From positions 3,900,001-3,932,000 of the forward strand of contig NZ_RSDW01000001.1 in assembly GCF_003945235.1 (NCBI RefSeq): a stretch of 32,000 nt of DNA, read 5' to 3'. Source of the DNA: Edaphobacter aggregans. GTDB taxonomy: Bacteria > Acidobacteriota > Terriglobia > Terriglobales > Acidobacteriaceae. Below the pieces are notes generated by a model that did no database searches, had not been told where the DNA came from, and was given only the letters and a program-made list of their open reading frames with translations. Positions 9,536 to 18,810 of this stretch are shown here, in pieces; positions within the stretch are counted from its first letter, which is position 1, and every line of letters begins with the position of its first letter. A program made the position numbers and the translations under genes.

Positions 9536-10075
9536 ATGTACACGGCTACCAACCCCGAGATCATTTCGCCGCGGACGAAACGCGGCGGCAAGATATTCGA
9601 CGATGAGAACCTCGACATTCTGTCGCATATCCTCGACGACTTCATCAAGGTCCCGGGAACATCGATCCGGTTTGGGCTCGATGGAATCATGGGTGCCGTT
9701 CCAGGCATTGGCGACATTCTGGGCGGAATCGCCTCGTGCATCATCATCATCGCGGCCTGGATGCGCGGCGTCTCTTATGTAACGGTGACGAGGATGGTCG
9801 CCAACGTCGGCATAGAAGTAGTGGTCGGCTCAATCCCCATCCTGGGGGACATGTTCGATATCGCATGGCGAGCAAACCGCCGGAACTACGCACTTCTGAC
9901 GGGCAGCCTCTACCAGCCACGCAAATACACGATTCAGAGCTGGCTGTTTCTCGCTGCGCTGTGCATCGTCCTTGCTGCGCTGGTCCTGCTGCCCGTATTG
10001 CTGGCTGCATGGCTCATGACGGCTGCATTCCACGCACTGTTTGGCGCGGATATTCACATCCATTCATGGCTGTGA
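9536..10075 (+). CDS. DUF4112 domain membrane protein
   Basis: IRFGLDGIMGAVPGIGDILGG ... GSIPILGDMFDIAWRANRRN matches my memory of the DUF4112 signature. Two or three TM helices. Confidence 0.8.
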   Translation: MYTATNPEIISPRTKRGGKIFDDENLDILSHILDDFIKVPGTSIRFGLDGIMGAVPGIGDILGGIASCIIIIAAWMRGVSYVTVTRMVANVGIEVVVGSIPILGDMFDIAWRANRRNYALLTGSLYQPRKYTIQSWLFLAALCIVLAALVLLPVLLAAWLMTAAFHALFGADIHIHSWL

Positions 10076-10112
10076 TGGATAACACCCGCTGATGCGATAA
10101 ACTAAAAGAAGT

Positions 10113-10189
10113 CGGGGCGTAGCGCAGTCTGGTAGCGCATCTGCTTTGGGAGCAGAGGGTCGGGGGTTCGAATCCCTCCGCCCCGACCA
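10113..10189 (+). tRNA. tRNA-Pro (anticodon UGG)
   Basis: 77 nt. Acceptor CGGGGCG/CGCCCCG, anticodon stem TCTGC/GCAGA, loop UUUGGGA, T-loop GGTTCGAATCC, encoded CCA. Confidence 0.92.
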
Positions 10190-10256
10190 TCCAATCGAAA
10201 ACTGAGCGCACTTCTTTGTCCAGGCCCCGCTGGACATTGCGCCGACGCGTCTGCAT

Positions 10257-10284
10257 AGCAATAGATCATGAGGGATCTATTGCT
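10257..10284. terminator. 11-bp perfect palindrome between convergent tRNA-Pro and tRNA-Ala
   Basis: AGCAATAGATC (10257-10267), loop ATGAGG, GATCTATTGCT (10274-10284). No flanking U-tract, so terminator function is uncertain. Confidence 0.4.
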
Positions 10285-10312
10285 AGCATCTTGCCTAAGA
10301 TGTTGGAATGAT

Positions 10313-10388
10313 TGGTGGACCTGATCGGGATCGAACCGATGACCTCTTCCATGCCATGGAAGCGCGCTCCCAGCTGCGCCACAGGCCC
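10313..10388 (-). tRNA. tRNA-Ala (anticodon GGC)
   Basis: 76 nt. Acceptor GGGCCTG/CAGGTCC with the G3:U70 alanine identity pair, anticodon loop AUGGCAU, T-loop GGTTCGATCC, encoded CCA. Confidence 0.92.
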
Positions 10389-10448
10389 ACTCTTGGGGAA
10401 GGACTCTATCTATTCTGGATGAGTGGGCGTTTTTAGTCAATGTTGCCG

Positions 10449-10478
10449 GGAACTAAACGGCTATCTCCCGGTGTCTAA
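10449..10478 (+). promoter_or_regulatory. possible ECF-type promoter (GGAAC ... TCTAA) upstream of the ECF sigma gene
   Basis: GGAACTA at 10449-10455 and TCTAA at 10474-10478. The 18-nt spacer is longer than the classical 16-17 nt. About 110 nt upstream of ATG 10587. Confidence 0.25.
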
Positions 10479-10586
10479 GGAATATAGAGTGAGCGAGCAC
10501 TCTGCCGCCGGCGGCGTAGTTACTCTCGCGAGCGTTGAAGAATTTGCCACAGGTTTCACAAAAGTCGTAGTTTAAAGGAACCCGAA

Positions 10587-11291
10587 ATGCAGGCGGGCAT
10601 AGCAGTGGGAAATCTAGCGAGCGCGATTGGCATCCAGACCGAAGATGCTGCTCTTGTAGCTGACCTCAAGGCCGGCTCCGAGGAGGCATTTGCCATTCTC
10701 ATCGCGCAGTACCATCAGCCGCTCTATTCGCTTATCGCTCGCAGTTTGAATGATCCGGCCGATGCTGCAGATATCACCCAGGAAGTCTTCATCAAAGTGT
10801 TCCGCAGCATTCGCGGCTTCCACGGTGAGTCGAGCCTGCGTACTTGGCTCTACCGCATCGCGCTGCACGAGGCTTCCAACCAGCGCCGTTGGTGGTCTCG
10901 CCATAAGAAGCAGGAAATTACCATCGACTCATCGGTCGAGAATGAAGACGATGGAAGCACCTTTTCACTCAGTGCTACCTTGGCTGACCATAGCGATTCG
11001 CCCTACGATTGCGCTGCCCAGGCTGAAGTTCGCGCACGCGTGGAAGCGGCCCTTCGGCAGTTGCCGGAGGCTTTCCGCACAGTAGTTGTTCTCCGCGAGA
11101 TTGAAGGCTTCGCATACGAAGAGATCGCGGAGATCCTTAACGTAAATCTTGGCACTGTGAAGTCCCGGTTGACCCGAGGCCGGTCGACGCTGCGTGCGTT
11201 ACTGGTTGCCCAAAATGCCAAAGCGGTAAATGATGCTGCTTCTTGCGGCGCTGGGCTCACATCCAAACAGACACAAACGGTGACGCAATGA
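10587..11291 (+). CDS. ECF (sigma-70 family) RNA polymerase sigma factor
   Basis: Region 2 (DITQEVFIKVFRSIRGF...LRTWLYRIALHEASNQRR) and region 4 (VVVLREIEGFAYEEIAEILNVNLGTVKSRLTRGR). AAAGGAA RBS upstream. Confidence 0.92.
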   Translation: MQAGIAVGNLASAIGIQTEDAALVADLKAGSEEAFAILIAQYHQPLYSLIARSLNDPADAADITQEVFIKVFRSIRGFHGESSLRTWLYRIALHEASNQRRWWSRHKKQEITIDSSVENEDDGSTFSLSATLADHSDSPYDCAAQAEVRARVEAALRQLPEAFRTVVVLREIEGFAYEEIAEILNVNLGTVKSRLTRGRSTLRALLVAQNAKAVNDAASCGAGLTSKQTQTVTQ

Positions 11292-11971
11292 ACTCCCCTA
11301 ACTGCGCGAAAATCCGGTCATCTTTCTCTGCATACCTCGACAGCGCCGTCAGTGGGCAGCAGATGCAGGCGATTGTCCAGCATCTGGATCACTGCGAGGT
11401 CTGCGCTGAGGAGTTCGCCGATTTGCGGGCTCTGCAACAGTCCGTCGCTGCCCTCGGCCCGGTAAAGGCGCCGTCCGATCTTGGGATGAAGCTTCGTCTC
11501 GCAATCTCGCACGAGCAGGCCGCGCGCAAGGCGAACTGGCTCGATAGCGTTGCGGTGAAATGGGACAATGCCGTTCGCCCGATGCTTGTTCAAGTCTCGG
11601 CAGGATTTGCCGGCTCCGTGGCCCTGATTGGCAGCATCATGCTTCTTCTGGGAATGGTGGCTGAGCCCCAGGCCGTGATGGCCAATGACGAACCGCTGGG
11701 AGCCATGACCGTACCTCACTATCTGTACTCGGCTACCAGTCCGAATGCGATCATTACTGACCATGACACCGCGATCGTTGTCGAGGCTTATGTAAACGAT
11801 GAGGGGCGGGTATACGACTACAACATCGTCTCTGGCCCGGAAGATCAGGCTGTGCAAAATCAGATCGTGGATCAGCTTCTGCTCAGCGTATTCGAACCTG
11901 CCCGCGTTTTCGGCTTGCCGGTGCGCGGCAGAGTGGTCCTTACCTTCTCGGGCATCTCCGTCCGGGGATAA
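11288..11971 (+). CDS. anti-sigma factor, zf-HC2 type, single-pass membrane
   Basis: ATG 11288 overlaps the sigma stop (ATGA). HLDHCEVC is the H-x3-C-x2-C zinc motif. TM helix VSAGFAGSVALIGSIMLLLGMV. Confidence 0.85.
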   Translation: MNSPNCAKIRSSFSAYLDSAVSGQQMQAIVQHLDHCEVCAEEFADLRALQQSVAALGPVKAPSDLGMKLRLAISHEQAARKANWLDSVAVKWDNAVRPMLVQVSAGFAGSVALIGSIMLLLGMVAEPQAVMANDEPLGAMTVPHYLYSATSPNAIITDHDTAIVVEAYVNDEGRVYDYNIVSGPEDQAVQNQIVDQLLLSVFEPARVFGLPVRGRVVLTFSGISVRG

Positions 11972-12040
11972 TGCAGGCGCGCGAAGGTTGCAACTGACCC
12001 TTCGCTCCCTTAAACTTCATGGGAGCGTCGAATCCTTATC

Positions 12041-13849
12041 GTGCCTTTCCTGACTAAATCGTCCCAGCCCCAATGCCTCCGAGCTTTCTGTCTGCGAATT
12101 GGCGCAGTTCTTTTGATTGTCAGCTTCGCCGTCGGCGCGAGAGCTCAGACGGATTCATCGTTGAGCAGCAGCAGCGTTCCGAGTGTAACTGATTCTAAAG
12201 AGCTTACCAAGACTCCCCACCCTCGTGTGACGCAGCCGGAAGCAGGCGGATCCGCTATCACGCTTGAAACAAGCGAGTCGCTGTTCGATCTTGCCGTGGC
12301 GCTTAACGTTTGTGGCTACGATGCCGATCTAGCCGCATCGGCACCTGTACGTCTTAAGATTCGCGAAGAGATCAACATGGCGTTGGCCGGTTCTGCTGAG
12401 GCTCGTGATAGCCGCGATGCGTTGTGCGGTTACGTCCGTCTGCATACACTTGCCGACAGCGGCCTCAACCTCGCGCAGTACATCTCGTTATCCCTCTATC
12501 TCAATCCTCCGCCTGAGCTGACTCCATCGGTCGCCGAAACAGATCTGCCTCCCGATGCCACCCAGATCGTCAATATTCTTCCACTTCTTCGAACCTTCAG
12601 CGAGGATGTCCATCTTCACGCAATCTGGGTAGAGCATCGCCCGGATTACGAAGATCTCACGAGCCGGATTCACGATCCGCTGACGAAGATGATTCTGAAC
12701 ACGAACATCTACCTTCGTTTGCCGGTCAGCAGCTACGACGGGCGTAGATTTCTGGTCCTGCTGGAGCCAATGCTTGCACCCTCAGCGACGAATGCACGCA
12801 TCTATGCCACCGACTACATCGTAGTGGCTTCGCCAGCCGGAGAGCCGGTCGGCGCTGTCCACATGGATCAGATTCGTCACACCTATCTCCACTATCTCGT
12901 GGAGCCATTTGTGTACTCGCGCGCCTCGGCGATGGAGCGACTGCAGCCGTTGATGAAAGCCGTACAGGATGCGCCGCTCGACTTTACCTACAAGTCAGAC
13001 ATCGTCGCGCTAATCACGGAGTGCCTTATCAAGGCGATCGAAGCGCAAACGATGGACGTTGGGCTGACCAAACCCAAGCATCCCGATGCAGTGAAGCAGC
13101 GCGCCGATATCGAGCGCTATAACGCCGATATGGCGGAGTATGATCGCCAGGCTGAGCTTGTTCGCCGAAAGGCTGTTGACCTGGATGTGCGCCAGGGATG
13201 GGTATTGGTCGATTACTTCTATGGCAAGCTCGGACAGATGGAGAAAGAGTCCATCAGCCTGAAGGAAGACATCGGTGAGATGGTCTACGGCATGGATGTA
13301 GACCGCGAGCGGCATTCGGCGCAGCAGGTTGTCTTCCTGCCGGAAGGCACGCATGACTTTGTGCATCGTGCGCCGCGGCAGCTTAGCGGCATGGATCTGG
13401 CGGAGAAGAAGCTGATTGGTGGCGACGTCGAGGGTGCTGGCGAGTTGGCAAAGGCTACGCTAGCCAGTCCTGACGGCGATCACGCGCGCGCCTACTATAT
13501 GCAGGCTCGGATCGATCTAATGCAGCGGCAACCGGCGGCAGCTATCGACAACTTCGAGCAGACGCTGAAGACTTCGAAGGATCCTCGTACTCTTGCCTGG
13601 TCGCATATTTACCTTGGGAGACTGTACGACGTCGTTCCCGATCGCCAGAAGGCGGTGGCAGAGTATAGGGCAGCGCTTACGGTCCGCGATGGTCAGCCCG
13701 ATACGAAGGCGGCTGCGGAGAAGGGGCTGAAGGAACCGTTTGCCGCGCCCGGGATGCAGCAAGCTGCTGAACCGGATGATGATGCGCCGATCGATCCCAG
13801 CGGTAAGGCTGAGAAAGATTCCTATCGTCCGCCTGCGCCGCCCAAATAA
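12041..13849 (+). CDS. secreted hypothetical protein with C-terminal TPR-like repeats
   Basis: GTG start. Signal peptide LRIGAVLLIVSFAVGARA/QT. C-terminal ARAYYMQARIDLMQRQPAAAIDNFEQTL and WSHIYLGRLYDVVPDRQKAVAEYRAAL are TPR-like. No family recognised for the central region. Confidence 0.75.
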   Translation: MPFLTKSSQPQCLRAFCLRIGAVLLIVSFAVGARAQTDSSLSSSSVPSVTDSKELTKTPHPRVTQPEAGGSAITLETSESLFDLAVALNVCGYDADLAASAPVRLKIREEINMALAGSAEARDSRDALCGYVRLHTLADSGLNLAQYISLSLYLNPPPELTPSVAETDLPPDATQIVNILPLLRTFSEDVHLHAIWVEHRPDYEDLTSRIHDPLTKMILNTNIYLRLPVSSYDGRRFLVLLEPMLAPSATNARIYATDYIVVASPAGEPVGAVHMDQIRHTYLHYLVEPFVYSRASAMERLQPLMKAVQDAPLDFTYKSDIVALITECLIKAIEAQTMDVGLTKPKHPDAVKQRADIERYNADMAEYDRQAELVRRKAVDLDVRQGWVLVDYFYGKLGQMEKESISLKEDIGEMVYGMDVDRERHSAQQVVFLPEGTHDFVHRAPRQLSGMDLAEKKLIGGDVEGAGELAKATLASPDGDHARAYYMQARIDLMQRQPAAAIDNFEQTLKTSKDPRTLAWSHIYLGRLYDVVPDRQKAVAEYRAALTVRDGQPDTKAAAEKGLKEPFAAPGMQQAAEPDDDAPIDPSGKAEKDSYRPPAPPK

Positions 13850-13907
13850 CATCAATTCTTGGGCTGGCTGAATGATCAGTCCAGTAAAGTAAAGCGCAGA
13901 GGGCCCG

Positions 13908-14726
13908 ATGACGACGCGCCGCAAGAAGACAGCACGATCCAAGCAGAGCGAGGAGATCCCGAGCTTGTTCGAACACCGGTTCGAACGGCCAGAGCTGCTT
14001 ACCTGGGCGTTGACGCATCGTTCGCTCGCCTATGAGTCGAAGCCAGAGACGCAGCCGAGTCCTGATGCCGATAATGAGCAACTGGAGTTCGTCGGCGATG
14101 CGGTACTAGGGCTTGCTGTAGCAGAGTCGTTGTTTCGGCGATTTCCGGGCTCACGCGAGGGAGAACTGACGCGTCTGCGCGCTTCGCTGGTCAGTCGACG
14201 GCATCTGGGTAGCGTTGGAGCGCGAATTGGGCTTGGAGCTTGGCTGCGGCTCGGGCGAGGCGAGGAGCAGAGCGGCGGCCGCAGCAAACCGGCGCTGCTG
14301 GCCAATGCTTTGGAAGCCGTGATTGCCGCGCTCTATCTCGATGGTGGTCTCGAGGCCGCGCGCGCGTTTATTGAGAAGCAGATTATAGAGCCAGCCTTGC
14401 CAGAACTGCAGTTGGCGATGCAGGCTGGCGATACGTTCAGCGGCGCGATCGGCGACCACAAGTCCGCGCTGCAGGAGCATTTGCAGGCTACTGGAGCAGG
14501 GCAGCCTCAGTATGTTTTGACCGCGCAGAGCGGGCCTGACCACCAGAAGCGGTTTCGGGTGGAGGTGCGGGTTGGCGACAAAGAGGGCGGATCGAGAGCG
14601 TTGGCTGAGTCCGAGGGCTCGACGAAGAAGCAGGCCCAGCAGGAGGCGGCGCGGATCGCGTTCGAGCGGCTGATCGAAGAGCAGCGATCGGGCGTGATTG
14701 CTCAGGAGGAGGCGTTGGCGAAGTGA
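13908..14726 (+). CDS. rnc: ribonuclease III
   Basis: RNase III signature NEQLEFVGDAVLG, ALEAVIAALYLDGG, and a C-terminal dsRBD (PDHQKRFRVEVRV...GSTKKQAQQEAA). Confidence 0.95.
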   Translation: MTTRRKKTARSKQSEEIPSLFEHRFERPELLTWALTHRSLAYESKPETQPSPDADNEQLEFVGDAVLGLAVAESLFRRFPGSREGELTRLRASLVSRRHLGSVGARIGLGAWLRLGRGEEQSGGRSKPALLANALEAVIAALYLDGGLEAARAFIEKQIIEPALPELQLAMQAGDTFSGAIGDHKSALQEHLQATGAGQPQYVLTAQSGPDHQKRFRVEVRVGDKEGGSRALAESEGSTKKQAQQEAARIAFERLIEEQRSGVIAQEEALAK

Positions 14727-15553
14727 TCGAGCCTGCTGCATCCACGGAACTGGCGCAAGGCGAGCCTGCTTCGCAGGAAGTGGTCGAGGTCACGCTCTTA
14801 GAAGTGGATGTTGCGGTGGTTCAATCTCAGAGGCCTGAGGCTGGGGTGCTGCATGCGATTCAGTCGCTGATCTACCTGATTGTCATTGCCGTCTTCATCA
14901 TTACTTTCTGCGTGCAGCCGTTTCGGATTCCTTCGGGATCGATGGAGCCGACGTTGTTGGTAGGCGATTTTTTGCTAGTCGATAAGCAGGGAATCGCGAC
15001 CGGTGATGCTGGTTTGCTGCCTTCGACACGTATTCGGAGGGGTGAGATTATTGTGTTTCACTATCCTGTCGATCCTTCGATTCACCTGGTGAAGCGGGTG
15101 GTCGGGATGCCGGGCGATCATCTGAAGCTGCGGAATGGCAGGGTTTATATCAATGATGTGCTGCTGCCTGAGAGCTATGCGGTGTATCGGCCGAGTATGC
15201 CGGACGGATATCGCGACAACTTTCCGCGCCTGCAGAACGCGGATCCGAACATCGACTCGCGATGGTGGATCCGGATGCGCGGGCTGATCGACGATGGAGA
15301 ACTGATCATTCCTGCCGACAACTACTTTGTGCTGGGCGACAACCGCAATAACAGCGAGGACAGCCGTTATTGGGGTTTCGTGCCACGTGAGGCGATTGTT
15401 GGGCAGCCTCTTCTGGTCTATTTTTCGGTGCGGTTGCCCGGGTTTGATGATTCTGACGTGCTGCCTTCGGAGGCAAAACAACGTACCGGGACGATTCTGG
15501 ATAGCTTTAGCAACTTTGCCAGGTGGGACAGAGTATTCCGGGTGGTTCGGTAG
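14723..15553 (+). CDS. lepB: signal peptidase I
   Basis: GTG overlaps the rnc stop (GTGA). Motifs SGSMEPTL (Ser box), VKRVVGMPGD (Lys box) and GDNRNNSEDSRYWGFV. Confidence 0.92.
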   Translation: MIEPAASTELAQGEPASQEVVEVTLLEVDVAVVQSQRPEAGVLHAIQSLIYLIVIAVFIITFCVQPFRIPSGSMEPTLLVGDFLLVDKQGIATGDAGLLPSTRIRRGEIIVFHYPVDPSIHLVKRVVGMPGDHLKLRNGRVYINDVLLPESYAVYRPSMPDGYRDNFPRLQNADPNIDSRWWIRMRGLIDDGELIIPADNYFVLGDNRNNSEDSRYWGFVPREAIVGQPLLVYFSVRLPGFDDSDVLPSEAKQRTGTILDSFSNFARWDRVFRVVR

Positions 15554-15718
15554 GCTCCCCCGCAGATCGGTCGTAAGTTTATTGTTTGCAAAACGATAGT
15601 GGAATCTATGCCGCTAAAGTATTCCAAACAAATTGGTTGCCACCAAGGTGTTCAATCTAAAAGGACAAGACTTTTATTGATTCCCCCGATTTTGAAGCAA
15701 TTTATTTTTTTAAGACGA

Positions 15719-15752
15719 GAAAGCCCCGGTGGTGTGCCGGGGCTTTCTTTGA
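15719..15752 (+). terminator. rho-independent terminator candidate
   Basis: GAAAGCCCCGG (15719-15729), loop TGGTGTG, CCGGGGCTTTC (15737-15747), followed by TTTGA. Lies 165 nt after the lepB-1 stop. Confidence 0.6.
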
Positions 15753-15916
15753 TCTCTATAACTAGTAGAGCGAGTTGAGCGGAATTATTCGGCAAACGCA
15801 ATCCCCTTGATTGGTGTGGGAATTTGCTGTTTGTGGGCTTGACAGCTTTTTGGAGGGTGAGTCGCGAGGTTGGGTTCAGCAGGGTTTCCGATACACTGGC
15901 ACAGGTAGATGTGGAG

Positions 15917-16717
15917 ATGGGTTTGATGGATACGATGGAGCCGGCAGCGAAGGATGTTAACACTGAGGTAGAGCGCATAGAGACGCCGCTGGAATCGCTG
16001 GCTTCGATCTGCAGCGTGCTGGCCATCGGATTGTTTGTGATGACCTTTATCTTCCAGAACTTCGAGATTCCTTCGGCCTCGATGGTGAAGACGCTGCTGA
16101 TCGGCGACCACGTACTGGTAGATCGGATTGCGCTGGCTCCTCCGACGAAATGGGCTCCTTTTACTTTTTACCGGGATGTGCGCCGGGGCGACGTCATTGT
16201 GTTTCTGAAGCCGGGAGAGCCGGACCTGTTTCTGGTGAAGCGGGCGATTGGGCTTCCGGGAGACCGCATCCATCTGCGGAATGGGATTGTTTATCTGAAC
16301 GGCGTTGCTCAGGATGAGCCTCAGGCAGGTAAGCCGATGGCCGATGGAAATCTGCAGCATGAGTACAACCCTTACCGGGACGATTTTCCGAGCATTCCGC
16401 CGGAGGGAATGGATGTAACGGCGAGCTGGCAGTATGAGCTGCCCAGCCACATCGAGAATGGTGATCTGGTCGTGCCGCCGGGCAGAATTTTTGCGATGGG
16501 CGACAACCGCACGGAGAGCCTGGACAGCCGTTACTGGGGCTTTGTTCCACGCGAAAATATCGTAGGGCGGCCGATGTTTGTGTACTGGTCGTTTGAGACG
16601 CCTGCGGACCAGATCAACAAACAGAGCATCGGAGAGCGGATTGCATTCATGGGGCATATCCTGATCCACATCTTCGATCAGACACGTTGGAGCCGTACGC
16701 TTCATGTGATTCGGTAG
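15917..16717 (+). CDS. lepB: signal peptidase I (second, divergent paralog)
   Basis: PSASMVKTL (Ser box), VKRAIGLPGD (Lys box), GDNRTESLDSRYWGFV. Start uncertain (ATG 15917 or 15926, the latter 9 nt after GGAG). The ORF-track start at 15824 is not favoured. Confidence 0.88.
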   Translation: MGLMDTMEPAAKDVNTEVERIETPLESLASICSVLAIGLFVMTFIFQNFEIPSASMVKTLLIGDHVLVDRIALAPPTKWAPFTFYRDVRRGDVIVFLKPGEPDLFLVKRAIGLPGDRIHLRNGIVYLNGVAQDEPQAGKPMADGNLQHEYNPYRDDFPSIPPEGMDVTASWQYELPSHIENGDLVVPPGRIFAMGDNRTESLDSRYWGFVPRENIVGRPMFVYWSFETPADQINKQSIGERIAFMGHILIHIFDQTRWSRTLHVIR

Positions 16718-16778
16718 AGAGGCTGGCGGCGACGACGATGCGGATTCTGGCCGCGCCGAGACCTTGTTCGGGCAAGAG

Positions 16779-18440
16779 ATGCGGGAAGTGATGCAGGACA
16801 TTGATACAACCCAGGCGCAGGGTGAAGGCACGCGGCCACGGAGACGCTGGCTGTCAGGGCGGTTGCTGTTTTTGTATGCCGTTGTGCTTGCGTTGCTGAT
16901 GGTGGCGTTGCTGCCGCCGTTGATCAATGTGAATCGGTTCCAGAGGCGGATTGCGACCAGTATTGGTGGGAGTCTGGGGCGTCCGGTTCATCTGGACCGG
17001 GTGGAGCTGAGTTTGCTGCCGCTGCCGGGCTTTACGCTCGAAAATTTTGTGGTGAGCGAGGATCCGGCGTTTGGATCGGAACCGATTATCCGCGCCAATT
17101 CGGTGCGGGCCACGCTGCGGTTGAGTTCGCTGTGGCGGAAGCGGGTGGAGTTCTCGAAGATCAGCTTTACGGAGCCCAGCGTGAACCTGGTGCACCTGCC
17201 GAATGGAAAGTGGAACCTTGAGAGCATCCTGGCGCAGGCTTCGCGGATTGAGGCGGCTCCGACGGCACAGGTGAAGGCGGGGGCTACGCCGAGGTTTCCT
17301 TATATCGAGGCGACCGGGGCGCGGCTGAATCTGAAACAGGGGCTGGAGAAGACGCCGCTGTCGCTGACGGACGCGGAGTTTGCTTTGTGGTTGCCGAATC
17401 CTCAGGAGTGGAGGCTAAGGCTAGAGGGTAGGCCGAGCCGGACGGACTCGGATGTGACGGATACCGGTGTGGTGCGGGTGGAGGGAACGCTGGGACATGC
17501 AGCGTCGCTGAGTGAGGTGCCGGTCAATCTTGAAGGGGAGTGGCGAGGGGCTCCGCTGGGAGAGGCCAGCCGGTTCCTGATGGGGAGAGACGCTGGGCTG
17601 CGGGGCGACATAGTGCTTACGGCGAAGGTTCAGGGCACGGTCGGCAAGAGCGAGATCCAGGCCAGGCTGCGGCTGAACGATGCGCGGCGGGCGGACTTTG
17701 TTCCGGCGCGTCCTCTGGCGGTGGATATGGAGTGCCTGGGGACGGCAACCAGTATGTTTCATGCGTTCGAGAACGTGCGGTGCAGTTGGCCGCCAAACGG
17801 GACGAAGACGCTGGCTTTGGCAGGGGAGATTCCGGATGTGCGGAGGCTGAGCTCGGCTACGGTGCAGATCGGGACACCGGGGATTCCGGCGAGTACGCTG
17901 GTGGATTGGCTGCATGTGGCGAGCGACCGGGTTCCGGCGGATGTTGCGGTTACGGGAGTGCTGGCAGGAAGTGTGGCGTATAGGCCGGGCTCTGGGTGGG
18001 ACGGGGAGATCGTGCTGAATGAAGCAGGGTTGACGCATGGAAAGGCTGAGGCGCTGGTGGTGGGCGATGTGGCGGTGCACTCGGCGGCGCCGCCGGTTGC
18101 GGTTGTGCGGGTGCATCATCGGGCGGTGCAGGCTCAGGTGCCTGCGGGCGGGTTTGTGCTGGCTCCGACGTTGCTGGCGCTGGGTGGGAAGGATCCTGCC
18201 GTTCTGGAAGGACGGATCGATAGGACGGGCTATTCGCTGCACCTGACGGGGATGGCTACGACGGCGCGGCTGCTGGCGCTGGGGGATGCGGTTCCGCAGT
18301 TTGGGGATGGGCTGGCGGAGGCTTTGCCTACGAATCGGGCTGCGGGGCCTTTCCGCGTGGATATGGTGGCGAATCGGACCTGGGGTGGGGAGCAGGTTTG
18401 GGCGGATGCTTCGGCGGGGACGGGGCATCGGCGGCGGTAA
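16779..18440 (+). CDS. AsmA-family / DUF748-like envelope protein
   Basis: N-terminal TM anchor LLFLYAVVLALLMVALLPPL. AsmA-like N-domain (RFQRRIATSIGGSLGRPVHLDRVELSLLPLPGFTLENFVV ... FSKISFTEPSVNLV). Start uncertain (16764 TTG, 16779 or 16791 ATG). Confidence 0.75.
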   Translation: MREVMQDIDTTQAQGEGTRPRRRWLSGRLLFLYAVVLALLMVALLPPLINVNRFQRRIATSIGGSLGRPVHLDRVELSLLPLPGFTLENFVVSEDPAFGSEPIIRANSVRATLRLSSLWRKRVEFSKISFTEPSVNLVHLPNGKWNLESILAQASRIEAAPTAQVKAGATPRFPYIEATGARLNLKQGLEKTPLSLTDAEFALWLPNPQEWRLRLEGRPSRTDSDVTDTGVVRVEGTLGHAASLSEVPVNLEGEWRGAPLGEASRFLMGRDAGLRGDIVLTAKVQGTVGKSEIQARLRLNDARRADFVPARPLAVDMECLGTATSMFHAFENVRCSWPPNGTKTLALAGEIPDVRRLSSATVQIGTPGIPASTLVDWLHVASDRVPADVAVTGVLAGSVAYRPGSGWDGEIVLNEAGLTHGKAEALVVGDVAVHSAAPPVAVVRVHHRAVQAQVPAGGFVLAPTLLALGGKDPAVLEGRIDRTGYSLHLTGMATTARLLALGDAVPQFGDGLAEALPTNRAAGPFRVDMVANRTWGGEQVWADASAGTGHRRR

Positions 18441-18645
18441 GTTGTGCGCTTTTTTTCTAGTGGTTTTCGGGGGGGATTTTGCGGAAAATGGGCGAAAGTT
18501 GATGGTTTTTGGTGGTTAGCTGGTGAAGAAATGTGTGGCTAGTGTGGTTTCTGGGTGGGGGGTTTTTCTGGGTTGGATTTTCGGCGTTGATAATCGGGTT
18601 GGGTGCTTGACCTTTGGCATTTGTGGCGCTTTGGGCGAAATGCGG

Positions 18646-18796
18646 GGGTTCTTCGCTACGCTCAGAATGACAGGCAAAAACAACGGCAACTGCAACTGCA
18701 ACGGCAAAAGCAGATCCCTACGGGATGACAACCAAAAAAACAACTGCAACGACAACTGCAACAACTGCAGGTCCTTCGACTCACTGTGGATCCAGG
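18646..18796. repeat. intergenic repeat patch: CAA/GCA-rich low-complexity arms around a GATCCC-TAC-GGGATG hairpin
   Basis: Core 18709-18740 (AGCAGATCCCTACGGGATGACAACCAAAAA) is closely similar to 30400-30431. It is flanked by (CAACNG)-like reiterations. Lies between convergent genes. Confidence 0.7.
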
Positions 18797-18810
18797 TTGT
18801 CGGTGTGGGT

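Noticed and set aside
10102-10440. 112-aa minus-strand ORF (and 10014..10256, 10064..10261) spanning tRNA-Pro and tRNA-Ala
   Set aside because: Overlaps two well-folded tRNA genes, so it is not credible as coding.
15608-15784. 58-aa + strand small ORF in the lepB-lepB spacer
   Set aside because: It reads straight through the terminator hairpin, has no RBS, and shows no sign of coding composition.
15785-16927. 380-aa minus-strand ORF across lepB-2 and the AsmA start; likewise 17421..18428 (-), 2216..3007 (-), 7558..8568 (+), 8529..9338 (+), 14151..14741 (-), 23670..24260 (-), 25331..26119 (-), 25699..26217 (+)
   Set aside because: All are Arg/Pro/His- or Gly-rich antisense shadows of genes with clear family signatures on the other strand.
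18674-18770. Possible CRISPR-like or tandem array (reiterated CAACTGCAAC units)
   Set aside because: The units are 6-10 nt low-complexity reiterations without unique spacers of CRISPR size. No cas genes are present in the window.
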